DNA of 64,000 bases from an uncultured Solibacteraceae bacterium. GTDB taxonomy: Bacteria > Acidobacteriota > Vicinamibacteria > Vicinamibacterales > SCN-69-37. Shown here in pieces: positions 27,158 through 36,771 of the stretch. The stretch spans positions 13,818 through 77,817 of the forward strand of contig CAYYFE010000015.1 of the NCBI GenBank assembly GCA_964471115.1. The letters run 5' to 3'. How positions within the stretch are numbered: position 1 is the first letter of the stretch; every line of letters begins with the position of its first letter. The position numbers and the translations under genes were made by a program. The notes under the pieces are model-generated. The model was not told where the DNA came from and made no database searches. It saw only the letters and a program-made list of their open reading frames with translations.

Positions 27158-27721
27158 ATGGAGCGGCAACTGGCGTTCATTCGTGAGGCCGATCGGTTGA
27201 AGACGGTCCTGCGCCGGACGTCGGTGGGCGACCGATCCCGGCTCGAGAATTCGGCGGAGCATTCGTGGCACCTGGCGCTCATGGCCCTGGTGTGGGCCGG
27301 ACAGGCGCCGCCTGGTGTCTCGGTGGATCGTGTGGTGCGCATGCTCGTGGTGCACGACCTGGTCGAGATTGACGCGGGCGATACGTTTGCGTTTGACGCC
27401 GCGGCCAACGGCGACAAGGCCGAGCGCGAGCGCGCGGCCGCCGACCGCCTGTTTGGAATGCTGCCCGCGGACGTGGGGGCCGAACTCCGGGGGCTGTGGG
27501 AGGAGTTCGAGGCCGGCGACAGCGCCGACGCGCGGATGGCCAACGCGCTCGACCGGTTCGGCGCGCTCGTGCAGAACACGCAGCAGCCCGACGGCGGGAC
27601 CTGGGCGGCCCACGGCATCTCGCGCGAGGCGATCCTGCGCCGGATGGATCCCATTCGCGAGGGGTTGCCGGCTCTGTGGCCGTATGTGATGTCGGTGGTG
27701 GACGAGGTCAGTCGCAGGTAA
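27158..27721 (+). CDS. HD-domain phosphohydrolase (YfbR-like 5'-nucleotidase family)
   Basis: ENSAEHSWHLALMAL ... VVHDLVEIDAGDT ... metal-ligand pattern. Start at ATG 27158, or GTG 27149 inside the repeat. Confidence 0.8.
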   Translation: MERQLAFIREADRLKTVLRRTSVGDRSRLENSAEHSWHLALMALVWAGQAPPGVSVDRVVRMLVVHDLVEIDAGDTFAFDAAANGDKAERERAAADRLFGMLPADVGAELRGLWEEFEAGDSADARMANALDRFGALVQNTQQPDGGTWAAHGISREAILRRMDPIREGLPALWPYVMSVVDEVSRR

Positions 27722-27732
27722 CGCCACCCGTC

Positions 27733-29052
27733 ATGCGAGTGAAACTGCCGCACCCTTTCATGCTTCTGCTCGGTGGCGTGGTCGTCGCCGTGATGCTCAC
27801 GTGGATCGTGCCCGCCGGGCGGTACGACAGGCGTGAAGACGCCGCCACGGGACGGCAGGTCGTGGTGCCGGGAACGTATACGCGCGTGGACGCCACACCC
27901 GTCGGCCCGATGGCCGGGCTGCTCACGGTGCCGCGAGGCATCGTCGACGGCGCCGACGTGATGCTGGTGGTGCTGCTGGTCGGCGGTGTGTTCACACTCC
28001 TCGATCGCACGGGCGCGCTGGGTCGGCTGGTCGGCTCGCTGGTTGGCGGGGGGCTTGGGCCACGCACGATCGTGATCCTGGTCTCCCTGGGGTTCGCCAC
28101 ACTCGGAGCGCTCGAGAACATGGGCGAGGAGATCGTCGCCATGGTGCCGGTGTTGCTCGTGTTGTCGCGCGGACTGGGGTGTGGCGCGGTCACGGCGGTG
28201 GCGATGAGCGCAGGGGCCGCCGCGATCGGCGCCGCGTTTGGTCCGATGAACCCGTTTCAGACCGGCATCGCGTTGAAGCTGGCCGAGCTGCCGCCGCTCA
28301 GTCAGGCGGGCCTGCGCTTCTCGCTGCTCGCCGTGGCCGTCACGCTCTGGATTTCGTGGACGCTGGCGATGGCGGGCCGCGATGACGTACGCCCGACGAT
28401 GGCCGCGCCGGCACCGGACGCGCCCGACCGGCGCGATTGGCTGATGCTCGCGCTGGCCTTGCTGCCGTTTGTGCCGTATGTCTACGGCGTCCTGGCCTGG
28501 GACTGGGGCTTCAACGAACTCTCGGCCCTGTTCCTGGTGTCGGGGCTCGCCATCGGCGTGGCTGCAGGCGCGTCGCCCTCCGACGCCGGCGCCCGGCTGC
28601 TGAAGGCGATGGAAGGGATGGTCGCGCCCGCGCTGTTCGTCGGCGTCGCACGCGCCATCTCGCTGGCGCTGTCGGATGGACAGATCCTCGACACGATTCT
28701 CCATGCGCTGGCGTCGCCATTGGCCGAACTGCCCGCGGCCGCGGCGGCGATCCTGATGGTGCCGGTCCACGCGCTGTTGCACATCCCGGTGCCGTCGGTC
28801 AGCGGCCAGGCGGTGTTGACGATGCCGATCATGGCGCCGCTGTCGGACCTGATTGGCCTGTCGCGTGACGCGGCCGTCATCGCCTACCAGACCGGCGCGG
28901 GCCTCTGCGAACTGTTCACGCCGACCAACGGGGGGTTCATGGCCGTCTTGCTCGCTGCCGGTGTGAGCTGGCAGCGATGGGTGCGGTTCGCGCTGCCCGG
29001 GGCGTTGCTGGTCGCGTTGGTCGGCCTTGCGGGTATCCTGCTGGCAGCGTAA
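27733..29052 (+). CDS. YfcC/DcuC-like anion (C4-dicarboxylate-type) transporter family protein
   Basis: Start re-picked at MRVKLPHPFMLLLGGVVVAVMLTWIVPAGRYDR, a typical YfcC N-terminus. Polytopic. Confidence 0.75.
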   Translation: MRVKLPHPFMLLLGGVVVAVMLTWIVPAGRYDRREDAATGRQVVVPGTYTRVDATPVGPMAGLLTVPRGIVDGADVMLVVLLVGGVFTLLDRTGALGRLVGSLVGGGLGPRTIVILVSLGFATLGALENMGEEIVAMVPVLLVLSRGLGCGAVTAVAMSAGAAAIGAAFGPMNPFQTGIALKLAELPPLSQAGLRFSLLAVAVTLWISWTLAMAGRDDVRPTMAAPAPDAPDRRDWLMLALALLPFVPYVYGVLAWDWGFNELSALFLVSGLAIGVAAGASPSDAGARLLKAMEGMVAPALFVGVARAISLALSDGQILDTILHALASPLAELPAAAAAILMVPVHALLHIPVPSVSGQAVLTMPIMAPLSDLIGLSRDAAVIAYQTGAGLCELFTPTNGGFMAVLLAAGVSWQRWVRFALPGALLVALVGLAGILLAA

Positions 29053-29063
29053 CGGAGGACGGG

Positions 29064-31427
29064 ATGCGACGAACGACTGTGGGCCTGTTGATGGTGCTCG
29101 TGGGGGGGCTGGCCACCAGCTGGCACCTCACCGCTGATGCGCGAGCGCAGCAACCCTCCGAACCACTGCGCGCGATGGCGCGGGCGTCGCTGGCGCGCAT
29201 CGAAGGCGACCAGACCCTGACCGGACTGCGCGCGCCGGTGGAAGTCATTCGTGACCGGTGGGGCACGCCGCACATCTATGCGCAGAACACGGAGGACCTG
29301 TTTTTTGCGCAGGGCTACGTGATGGCGCAGGACCGCCTGTGGCAGATGGAACTGTGGCGCCGGCAGCGCGAGGGCCGCATGGCCGAGATCGTCGGCCCCG
29401 GCGCGGTGAACGCCGACCGGCAGGCGCGCCTGCTCAAGTACCGCGGCCCCATGGACGATCGTGAATGGACGTCGTACCACCCCGAGGGCCGCCGGATCTT
29501 CGAGGCGTACGCCGCCGGCGTCAACGCCTTCATCGCCGCCCACCGCGCGAACCTGCCGCTCGAGTTCCAGCTGACCGGCGTCACCCCGGATCCGTGGACG
29601 GCCGAGACCGTCGTGCTGCGGTCGGCGACCTTTGGCGACGCCACCAACGAACTCAATCTCGCCCGCGCCGTGGTGCGCGACGGCCGCGAGGCGGCCAATC
29701 GATCGCGTGCGCCCGATCCGTGGGACGACCTGGCGCTGCCGGAGGGCCTGGACCTCTCGATCATCGATGAGAACGTGACGACCACCGGGGCCCGCGCCGG
29801 CGGGGCCGGTCGTGGCGGACGCGGCGGCGCGTCACTGCCGGAGATCCTGCCGCAGTATCGCGAGCTGGTGGGCGCCGCGCGAGGCCGCGGCGGCGCCGTC
29901 GAGCCCGGGCTGCAGTCCTCCGCGCCGCCCGATCCGCCCGGGTCGAACAACTGGGTCGTGAGCGGCAGACTCTCGGCCACCGGCAAGCCCGTGGTCGTCA
30001 ACGATCCGCATCGGACCGTCGGTCATCCCTCCCTCCGTTACATCGTCCATCTCAACGCGCCGGGGTGGAACGTGATCGGGTCGGGCGAGGTGCCGTTTGT
30101 GGGCGTGGCGATCGGGCACAACGATCGACTCGGCTGGGGCCTCACCATCGTCGGCACCGACATGGAGGATGTGTACGTCGAGGATGTGAATCCCGCCAAC
30201 GGCACGGAGACGCGGTACCGCGGCCAGTGGGAGCCGATGCGCGTCGTGCGCGAGACCATTCGCGTGAAGGGCGGCGCGGACGAGGTGATCGAGCTGAAGT
30301 TCACGCGGCACGGCCCGGTGTTTTATGAGGATCGCGGACGCAACAAGGCCTACGTGTTGCGCAGCGCCTTGCTCGAGCCTGGCACCGCGCCGTATCTGGC
30401 CGGTCTGCGGTTGTCGCAGGCGAAGGACTGCAAGGAGTTCCTCACGCAGGCGATGTATTGGAAGGCGCCCAGCGAGAACCTCATCTGCGGCGATGTGGAC
30501 GGCAACATTTCGTGGCAGGCGTCGGCGAACACGCCCGACCGCCGGGCGCAGGGCCCGGATGGCCACTCGTGGGTCGGGCGTCTGCCGGTGCCCGGCACCG
30601 GCGCGTACGAGTGGAACGGGTTCCGCCGCGACCTGCCGCGTGAGCTCAATCCGGCGCGCGGCTTCATCGCCACGGCCAATCACAACATCCAGCCGAAGGA
30701 CTACCAGCCGCCGCTGATGTTCAAGTCGTCGGCGAACCTGCCGTACGACCGCATCACGCGGCTCCTGCAGTTGTTCGACGCGCCGCGGGCGTTTACGCTC
30801 GAGGACCATCGCCGGATGCAGCTGGACGCGAAACACCTGCGGGCCGAGGCGGAGATCGCGCTGTTCCGCGGGTGGACGTCGAGCGACGCCGCGGTCGAGC
30901 GCGCGCGGCAGTTGCTGGCGGCCTGGGACGCGACGTTGACGAAGGACAGCGCCGCCGCGGCGATCCACGACGTGTGGCGCGGCGCATCGTCGGCGGCCGA
31001 ACGCGACGCGTCGAGGCCGGTTGAGGCGCGCCGCGCCGAACACGAGGCCTCCCTGCGCAAGGCGATTGCCGAGCTCACCGCCGAAATGGGCGCCGACTGG
31101 TCGCAATGGCGGTGGGGCCGGATGCACACGCGCGCGTTCACGTTCCCGCTCGTGCCGGCGTACAGCCTCCCGACGGTGGAACGGCCCGGAGGCACCGGGA
31201 CGCTCGCCGCCGACGGCGCGAGCTTCCGCGAGATCCTCGACGTGGCGGACTGGGATCGCTCCATCGTCACGAACGTCCCCGGTCAGTCCGCGCAGCCCGA
31301 GAGTCCGTTCTTCGGCAACCTGCACGGCCTGTGGGCCAACGATGAGTACTTTCCGCTCGTCTACTCGCGCACGCGCGTCGAGCAGGAGCGCATGTACACA
31401 CTGACGCTGCGCCCGGGCCGTCAGTAG
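29064..31427 (+). CDS. penicillin/AHL acylase family (Ntn hydrolase, S45)
   Basis: Start re-picked at MRRTTVGLLMVLVGG. Alpha/beta junction with nucleophile Ser: PPGSNNWVVSGRLSATGKPVVVNDPH. Confidence 0.85.
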   Translation: MRRTTVGLLMVLVGGLATSWHLTADARAQQPSEPLRAMARASLARIEGDQTLTGLRAPVEVIRDRWGTPHIYAQNTEDLFFAQGYVMAQDRLWQMELWRRQREGRMAEIVGPGAVNADRQARLLKYRGPMDDREWTSYHPEGRRIFEAYAAGVNAFIAAHRANLPLEFQLTGVTPDPWTAETVVLRSATFGDATNELNLARAVVRDGREAANRSRAPDPWDDLALPEGLDLSIIDENVTTTGARAGGAGRGGRGGASLPEILPQYRELVGAARGRGGAVEPGLQSSAPPDPPGSNNWVVSGRLSATGKPVVVNDPHRTVGHPSLRYIVHLNAPGWNVIGSGEVPFVGVAIGHNDRLGWGLTIVGTDMEDVYVEDVNPANGTETRYRGQWEPMRVVRETIRVKGGADEVIELKFTRHGPVFYEDRGRNKAYVLRSALLEPGTAPYLAGLRLSQAKDCKEFLTQAMYWKAPSENLICGDVDGNISWQASANTPDRRAQGPDGHSWVGRLPVPGTGAYEWNGFRRDLPRELNPARGFIATANHNIQPKDYQPPLMFKSSANLPYDRITRLLQLFDAPRAFTLEDHRRMQLDAKHLRAEAEIALFRGWTSSDAAVERARQLLAAWDATLTKDSAAAAIHDVWRGASSAAERDASRPVEARRAEHEASLRKAIAELTAEMGADWSQWRWGRMHTRAFTFPLVPAYSLPTVERPGGTGTLAADGASFREILDVADWDRSIVTNVPGQSAQPESPFFGNLHGLWANDEYFPLVYSRTRVEQERMYTLTLRPGRQ

Positions 31428-31462
31428 AGGCCTCGGCGCCCGGCGTGCGAGATAATGCCGGC

Positions 31463-31975
31463 ATGCCAGTCTCCAAGCGCGCCTCTGCCGCGACGCCCTA
31501 CGAAGCGGCGCAGCGGGCGTTGTCCGACCGGATCGTCGAACTCGCGAAGCAGTATCAGATGCGCAGCCGGAATCGCGTCTGCCGCCACGGCATCACCGTG
31601 TCGCAGTGTTATGCCCTCGACGTGTTGCTCAAGACCGGCGGCGTGCTGGTGACGGAGCTGGCGCGGGCGCTGGCGCTCGACAAGAGCACGGCCAGCCGGG
31701 TCGTGACGTCCCTGGGGCAGCTGGGACTCATCCGCGTGGTGGATGTCGCGGGGAACGAGCGGAAGAAGCGGGTCATCCCGACCGCCGCCGGCCGGACGCT
31801 GGGTACGCGAATCGCGCGCGAGATCCGCGACGAACACCGGGCCGCGCTGGCGTCGTTCAGTCGAGGCGACCTCGAGGCGTGCGGCCGCATGCTCGATGCG
31901 CTGCTGGCCTCCCGTCCCCTCGGGAACCCGGGGCGGCCCCGCGCCGAGCGCGCCCGGCGCGCGGCGTCGACGTAA
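31463..31975 (+). CDS. MarR-family transcriptional regulator
   Basis: Winged-HTH core ITVSQCYALDVLLKTGGVLVTELARALALDKSTASRVVTSLGQLGLI. Confidence 0.8.
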   Translation: MPVSKRASAATPYEAAQRALSDRIVELAKQYQMRSRNRVCRHGITVSQCYALDVLLKTGGVLVTELARALALDKSTASRVVTSLGQLGLIRVVDVAGNERKKRVIPTAAGRTLGTRIAREIRDEHRAALASFSRGDLEACGRMLDALLASRPLGNPGRPRAERARRAAST

Positions 31976-31982
31976 CGGATTC

Positions 31983-32537
31983 CTACCGCCCTTCAGGGCG
32001 GCCGGGCCGGCGGACCGGGATGAACCGCGCGTGCGACGGCATCACGATGCGCGACAGACCCTGTGCGTCGAGGGCTGAGTCGGGCGCGATGATCCGGTTG
32101 CGCGCGAGCAGGAATGCGAGCAGGGCGTACACCTCGTCATCGGACAACGACCAGGGAGCCGCCGGCGGCATGGTTCGACGGATGTAGTCGAAGAGCGGCG
32201 GGGCATACGGCCAGTGGGTCGCGATGTTCCGTCGCGGCCGTCCCTCAACCACGGCTGGTTGAATCAGCTGCGGCCCGGCCCCGCCTTCGCCGTGTGCGCC
32301 GTGACACGCCGCGCAGGCCGTGTCGTACAGACGCGCGCCCTCGGCATACGTCCCGCGGCCGGGTGGCAATCCGTCACCCTCACCATTGACGTCGGTGTCC
32401 CACGCCGCAATCTCTTCGGCCGTCGCCGGCCGGCCCGCATCGAACCGTTCCGGCACCGCCGGGGCGGTGTGCCGGGCGCACCCGGCGGCGACCACGAGTC
32501 CGGCGAACAGGACGACAGCCGCGCGTCCGCCGATCAC
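31983..32537 (-). CDS. cytochrome c subunit of a sulfite dehydrogenase-type enzyme (SoxD/SorB-like)
   Basis: CAACHGAHGEGG haem motif. Lipoprotein-like leader ...VVLFAGLVVAAGC. GTGA overlap with the upstream molybdoenzyme gene. Confidence 0.7.
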   Translation of the reverse strand: MIGGRAAVVLFAGLVVAAGCARHTAPAVPERFDAGRPATAEEIAAWDTDVNGEGDGLPPGRGTYAEGARLYDTACAACHGAHGEGGAGPQLIQPAVVEGRPRRNIATHWPYAPPLFDYIRRTMPPAAPWSLSDDEVYALLAFLLARNRIIAPDSALDAQGLSRIVMPSHARFIPVRRPGRPEGR

Positions 32538-33769
32538 CGCCAGGGTTCCTCTTTGACCGACAGGCGTCCGTCCGCCGCGACGCGCCAGCCGACGATGGGA
32601 TTCATGTGGTACGACGGCGAGGCCACGCCGCGTTCGGCCAGCAGTTGGGCGACGGTGGGTTGCACGTACCCGGTGTCGTCGATCGCGCGGCTCAGCAGGG
32701 TGGCCGGAGTGCCGTCCCATCGCCACGGGAGACGGAAGCGCACATGGGCGCGCGGGAGCACCGGGCCGTCCAGCGCGGCGTCACGCCACCGCCGGCCATC
32801 GTCCGTGCTGATTTCGACACGGGCGATCCGTCCCCGTCCGCTCCAGGCGAGGCCCCTGATCTCCACGTATCCGGGCCGCATGGTTGCCGGTGGGGCGGGC
32901 GCGGTGATGATGGATCGGGCGTCCAGTTCAAGGCTGAACTGCCGGATCGTGCCGTCCGCCATTTCTTCGGTGTACCGCGACGTTTCCTCGCGGGTCATGA
33001 ACGGCCCCGTGCCGACGTCGAGACGCCGCAGCCATTTGACGCTGGCGACGCCCTCCCAGCCCGGCAGCAGGAGCCGCACGGGGAATCCCTGCGCCGGCCG
33101 GAGCGGTTCGCCGTTCTGCGCGTACGCCAGCATCCCGCCGATGCGGATGGCCTCCTCGATCGGCGCGCTTCTGGTCATCGCGACGCCGTCCTGTCCTTCG
33201 GCCAGGAACCATCCGGCCTCCGGCCGAAGGCCGACCTCGCCGAACAACACCGAGAGCGGCACGCCCGTCCATTCACTCTGGCTCGTCAGCCCCGCCATCG
33301 TCTGCGGGGTGACGGCGCCGGTGGCATTGCGCGGGTAGTTGCCGCCGCATTCGAGGAAACACGTGCGGGTGATCGCCGGCAGGCGCTTCAGGTCCTCGAG
33401 GGTGAACACACGCGGACGATCCACCAGGCCATGCACGAGCAGCCGGTAGGCGACCGGGTCGACGGCGGGGATGCCCGCGCGGTGGACTTCATAGTGGAGG
33501 TCCGACGGCGTGATCGTGCCCTCCAGGGCGTGCAGCGGTGTCGCCGAGATCATGCCCGAGACCGCGCGGGTCAGCAGGACCGAAGGCGCACGCGTCCCGG
33601 CGGCCGAGGCGGGTGCGCCGGGGCCGCGGGTGGTGTCGGGCGCGCCCGGGGGCGCGAGGGACGCCGGCGCGGGCGGCTGCGCCTGCAGGCCGGCCACCGC
33701 CGCCGCGATCGGCACGCCGAGCAGCCGGCGCCGGGTGATCGAGAGGCCGCGGTCAGTGCGCGCTCGCAT
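32534..33769 (-). CDS. sulfite-oxidase-family molybdopterin oxidoreductase (SoxC/SorA-like), Tat-exported
   Basis: Start re-picked at MRARTDRGLSITRRRLLGVPIAAAVAG. Mo-ligand Cys context CFLECGGNYPRN. C-terminal dimerisation/Ig-like domain. Confidence 0.8.
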   Translation of the reverse strand: MRARTDRGLSITRRRLLGVPIAAAVAGLQAQPPAPASLAPPGAPDTTRGPGAPASAAGTRAPSVLLTRAVSGMISATPLHALEGTITPSDLHYEVHRAGIPAVDPVAYRLLVHGLVDRPRVFTLEDLKRLPAITRTCFLECGGNYPRNATGAVTPQTMAGLTSQSEWTGVPLSVLFGEVGLRPEAGWFLAEGQDGVAMTRSAPIEEAIRIGGMLAYAQNGEPLRPAQGFPVRLLLPGWEGVASVKWLRRLDVGTGPFMTREETSRYTEEMADGTIRQFSLELDARSIITAPAPPATMRPGYVEIRGLAWSGRGRIARVEISTDDGRRWRDAALDGPVLPRAHVRFRLPWRWDGTPATLLSRAIDDTGYVQPTVAQLLAERGVASPSYHMNPIVGWRVAADGRLSVKEEPWR

Positions 33770-33784
33770 GTCCGGCAGCGTAGC

Positions 33785-33855
33785 GCAACTATGTTGCACC
33801 GTGCAACTATATTGCCACCGACGGCCTGGTGCGTTAATGTTGCTCAATGCAACAT
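33785..33855. promoter_or_regulatory. three GCAAC/GTTGC palindromes in an AT-rich divergent promoter region
   Basis: GCAAC-tat-GTTGC (33785-33797), GCAAC-tata-TTGC (33803-33815), atGTTGC-tcaat-GCAACat (33837-33855, overlapping the MBL ATG). Confidence 0.45.
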
Positions 33856-34953
33856 CACACGAGCCTGGCGCGCGCGGCCGTGACGCTGGCCGGCGTGCTC
33901 CTGGCCGCCGGCCTTGGCGGGGCGGCGGCGCAGCGTCCGTTGATGCAACCCGACGCGTTCGACGTCGTCGCGCTGGGCGAGGGCCTCCACGCCGTGGTGC
34001 GCCGCGACCCGCCCGACGATGCGGCGAATGCCAATGTGCTGATCATCATCAACGCCCACGACGTCGTGGTCGTGGATGGCGGCCTCACCACCGCCTCCGC
34101 GGACGCCGTGATCCGGACCATCCGCCGGCTGACCCCGCATCCGGTCCGGTACGTCGTGAACACGCACTGGCACGACGACCACGTGCTGGGCAACGGCGCG
34201 TACGCCGCGGCGTTCCCCGGAGTCGAGTTCATCGGGCATCCCGTCACGCGGGAGATGGTGATCGGGAGTGTGGGACCCGCCCTGCAGCGCAACCAGACCG
34301 ACTATGCGGACGCGGCCACGGCCATCGAGGCGCGCCTGCGGGCCGGGAGGCGTGCCGACGGCCAGCCGATGTCGGACGCCGATCGGACCCGGGCGCGGCG
34401 GCTCAGTGAACTGTATCGGGCCTTCGTGGCGGAGATCCCTCGCATCAACGTGACGCCGCCCGCGGTGCTGGTGGACCAGTCGCTGACCCTTTGGCGCGGA
34501 TCCCGCGAGATCCGGGTGATGCACATCGGCCGGGGCAATACCGCTGGCGACCTGGTGGTCTTCCTGCCGAAGGAAGGTGTGATGGCGGCCGGCGATCTGC
34601 TGGTCCGTCCGATTCCGTACGCGTACGGGTCGTACATTGGCGACTGGATCGGCGCTCTGGATCGCTTCGAAGCGCTCGCGCCGCGTGTGATCCTGCCCGG
34701 ACATGGTGCGGTGATGACCGACACCGGGTATGTCACGGCGGTACGCGACCTGCTGGTGACGGTGAGGGATCACATGCGCCAGGCGGTGGCACAGGGCCTC
34801 ACCCTCGAGGCCGCTCGGGCGTCACTCGATCTCGATCGGCATCGTGCCTGGTTTGCCGGAGACGATCCGGGGCGACGGCAATCGTTTGACTCGGTGTTCG
34901 TGACACCGGCCACCGAGCGCGCCTACCTCGAGGCGCGTGGGGAGCTGAAGTAG
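33847..34953 (+). CDS. secreted metallo-beta-lactamase-fold hydrolase
   Basis: HWHDDHVLGN (HxHxDH) motif. Signal peptide ARAAVTLAGVLLAAGLGGAAAQ. Confidence 0.8.
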   Translation: MQHHTSLARAAVTLAGVLLAAGLGGAAAQRPLMQPDAFDVVALGEGLHAVVRRDPPDDAANANVLIIINAHDVVVVDGGLTTASADAVIRTIRRLTPHPVRYVVNTHWHDDHVLGNGAYAAAFPGVEFIGHPVTREMVIGSVGPALQRNQTDYADAATAIEARLRAGRRADGQPMSDADRTRARRLSELYRAFVAEIPRINVTPPAVLVDQSLTLWRGSREIRVMHIGRGNTAGDLVVFLPKEGVMAAGDLLVRPIPYAYGSYIGDWIGALDRFEALAPRVILPGHGAVMTDTGYVTAVRDLLVTVRDHMRQAVAQGLTLEAARASLDLDRHRAWFAGDDPGRRQSFDSVFVTPATERAYLEARGELK

Positions 34954-34959
34954 CGTGAC

Positions 34960-36768
34960 CTACTGCGCCCGCAGCCACTCGAGCACCTGCTGCTCGAGCA
35001 GGTCCAGCGGCAGCGGGCCGTGGCGCAGCACCGCATCGTGGAACGCGCGGATGTCGAAGCGCGGCCCCAGCGTCGCCTCGGCTTTCGCGCGCAGCTCGGC
35101 GATCTTCAGCAGACCGAAGGTGTACGCCAGCCCCTGGCCGGCCTCGGTGATGTGGCGGTCGGTTTCGGCCGTCGCCGGCCCGCGCTGGAAGCCCGTGTTG
35201 TCGGCCATGTACGCGATGGCCTGTTCACGCGTCCACCCGAGTGCGTGGACGCCGCTGTCGACCACCAGCCGCACGGCGCGCCAGATCTCGTACGTCAGCC
35301 GGCCGAAGTCGCTGTAGGGGTCCTCGTAGAACCCGACATCGCGCCCCAGGCGCTCCGCGTACAGGCCCCAGCCTTCCGTGAACACCGTGATCCCCAGCCC
35401 GCGCCGGAACGGACTGAGCGACCGGTTCTCCTGCGTCAGCATGATCTGCAGGTGATGGCCGGGCACCCCTTCGTGAAACGCGAGCGCTTCGACGACGTAC
35501 AGCGGCCGCGCCGGCAGGTCGGACGTATTGATGTTCACCCAGCCCGCGCGGCTGCCGTCAGCCGCGCCGGCGTCGTAATAGCCCGCCGACTGCCGGATCG
35601 CAATCCGCTCGGGAATGGCGCGCACCCCGTACGGCGCGCGGGGCATCGTCGAGAACAGCCGGGGCAACACGCCATCCATTCGCTTGGCGGCATACGAGAC
35701 GGCCTTCAGATACTCCTCTTCGCTCGTGGCTCTGAACCGTGCGTCGGTCTGAAGAAACCGGAAGAACTCGGCGAGCGTGCCGGTGAATCCCGCGCGCGCC
35801 TTGACGGCCTCCATCTCGGCGCGCAGCCGCGCCACTTCACGCAGACCGATGTCGTGCACCTCCTGCGGCGACAGGTCGAGCGTCGTGTGCATCCGGATGC
35901 GATGCCGGTAGAACGCGCCGCCGTCGGCCAGTGCCGAGAGGCCCAGCGTGGTGCGCGCGCCCGGGATGTACTCGCGCTGCAGGAACTCCAGGAACGCGCG
36001 CAGACCGGGCATCACCGAGGTCTGCAGCGCCGCCGTGCCGTCGCGGCGGATACGCTCGCGATCCGCGGCCGGGAACGCCTCGGGAATGCGTGTGAAGGGC
36101 TCGAACAGGCCGCTGCGCGTGACGTCCTCGACGATCTGCGCCCGCACCGGCGCGTCGTACCCGTCGAGCAGCGCGCGGGGCATCGTCCGGCCGGCGCGCA
36201 GCCCCGCACGCATCGCGGCGATGCGCTGGTCCACATGGAGCGCGAACGACTGCAGACGGGCGATGTAGCCGTCGTACTGTCCGACGGTCGTGAACGCAGA
36301 GCGGTCCGGCCACGCCGGCAGGTCGAAGTGGAAACCCTCGCGGCTGCCGATCGGAATTTCGTACGCGCGATGGCGGATCTCCTCGCGCCGACCGCGGAGC
36401 TGCCTGAAGAGGATTTCGGCGTCCACCTGTACCGCGGCCGGCAGTTGCGCGCGGTCGATCTGGGCCAGACGCGCGGCGAACGCATCGAGCGCCGCCGCTT
36501 CCCGTTCGAACCGCTCGGCAGAGACGTCCTCGAGGCGCCCGGCGTACCGTCGATCGACGCCCTCCGGAAGCGGCAGCGTAAATCCCCGGCCTCGAAACGC
36601 CTGTACGTCCTGCAGCAGCCGTTCGAAGGTGTCCTGGGCCGGCGCCGTCGATGCGTCGAGCCGTGGTGGGAGACCAGCCGCCGCGGCGCTGCACACCAGG
36701 CCGGCGATGGCCACGCACCAGACCGTCCGCGCCCTCATCCTCATGCTCATGGGGCCAGATGATGGCAC
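34960..36768 (-). CDS. DUF885-family secreted protein
   Basis: ALAFHEGVPGHHLQ motif and overall length are typical of DUF885. N-terminal signal-like segment VWCVAIAGLVCSAAAAG. Confidence 0.75.
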   Translation of the reverse strand: MPSSGPMSMRMRARTVWCVAIAGLVCSAAAAGLPPRLDASTAPAQDTFERLLQDVQAFRGRGFTLPLPEGVDRRYAGRLEDVSAERFEREAAALDAFAARLAQIDRAQLPAAVQVDAEILFRQLRGRREEIRHRAYEIPIGSREGFHFDLPAWPDRSAFTTVGQYDGYIARLQSFALHVDQRIAAMRAGLRAGRTMPRALLDGYDAPVRAQIVEDVTRSGLFEPFTRIPEAFPAADRERIRRDGTAALQTSVMPGLRAFLEFLQREYIPGARTTLGLSALADGGAFYRHRIRMHTTLDLSPQEVHDIGLREVARLRAEMEAVKARAGFTGTLAEFFRFLQTDARFRATSEEEYLKAVSYAAKRMDGVLPRLFSTMPRAPYGVRAIPERIAIRQSAGYYDAGAADGSRAGWVNINTSDLPARPLYVVEALAFHEGVPGHHLQIMLTQENRSLSPFRRGLGITVFTEGWGLYAERLGRDVGFYEDPYSDFGRLTYEIWRAVRLVVDSGVHALGWTREQAIAYMADNTGFQRGPATAETDRHITEAGQGLAYTFGLLKIAELRAKAEATLGPRFDIRAFHDAVLRHGPLPLDLLEQQVLEWLRAQ

Positions 36769-36771
36769 GAA

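Noticed and set aside
25565-27727. 720-aa minus-strand ORF, and similar long ORFs at 4521-5918, 21958-23451, 23699-25021, 26995-28782, 29832-31325, 35020-36762, 51349-52431 and 55365-56699
   Set aside because: All lie antisense or out of frame to ORFs with clear family motifs. Their Arg/Ala/Gly/Pro/His-dominated composition is typical of shadow ORFs in high-GC DNA, and none shows a recognisable domain.
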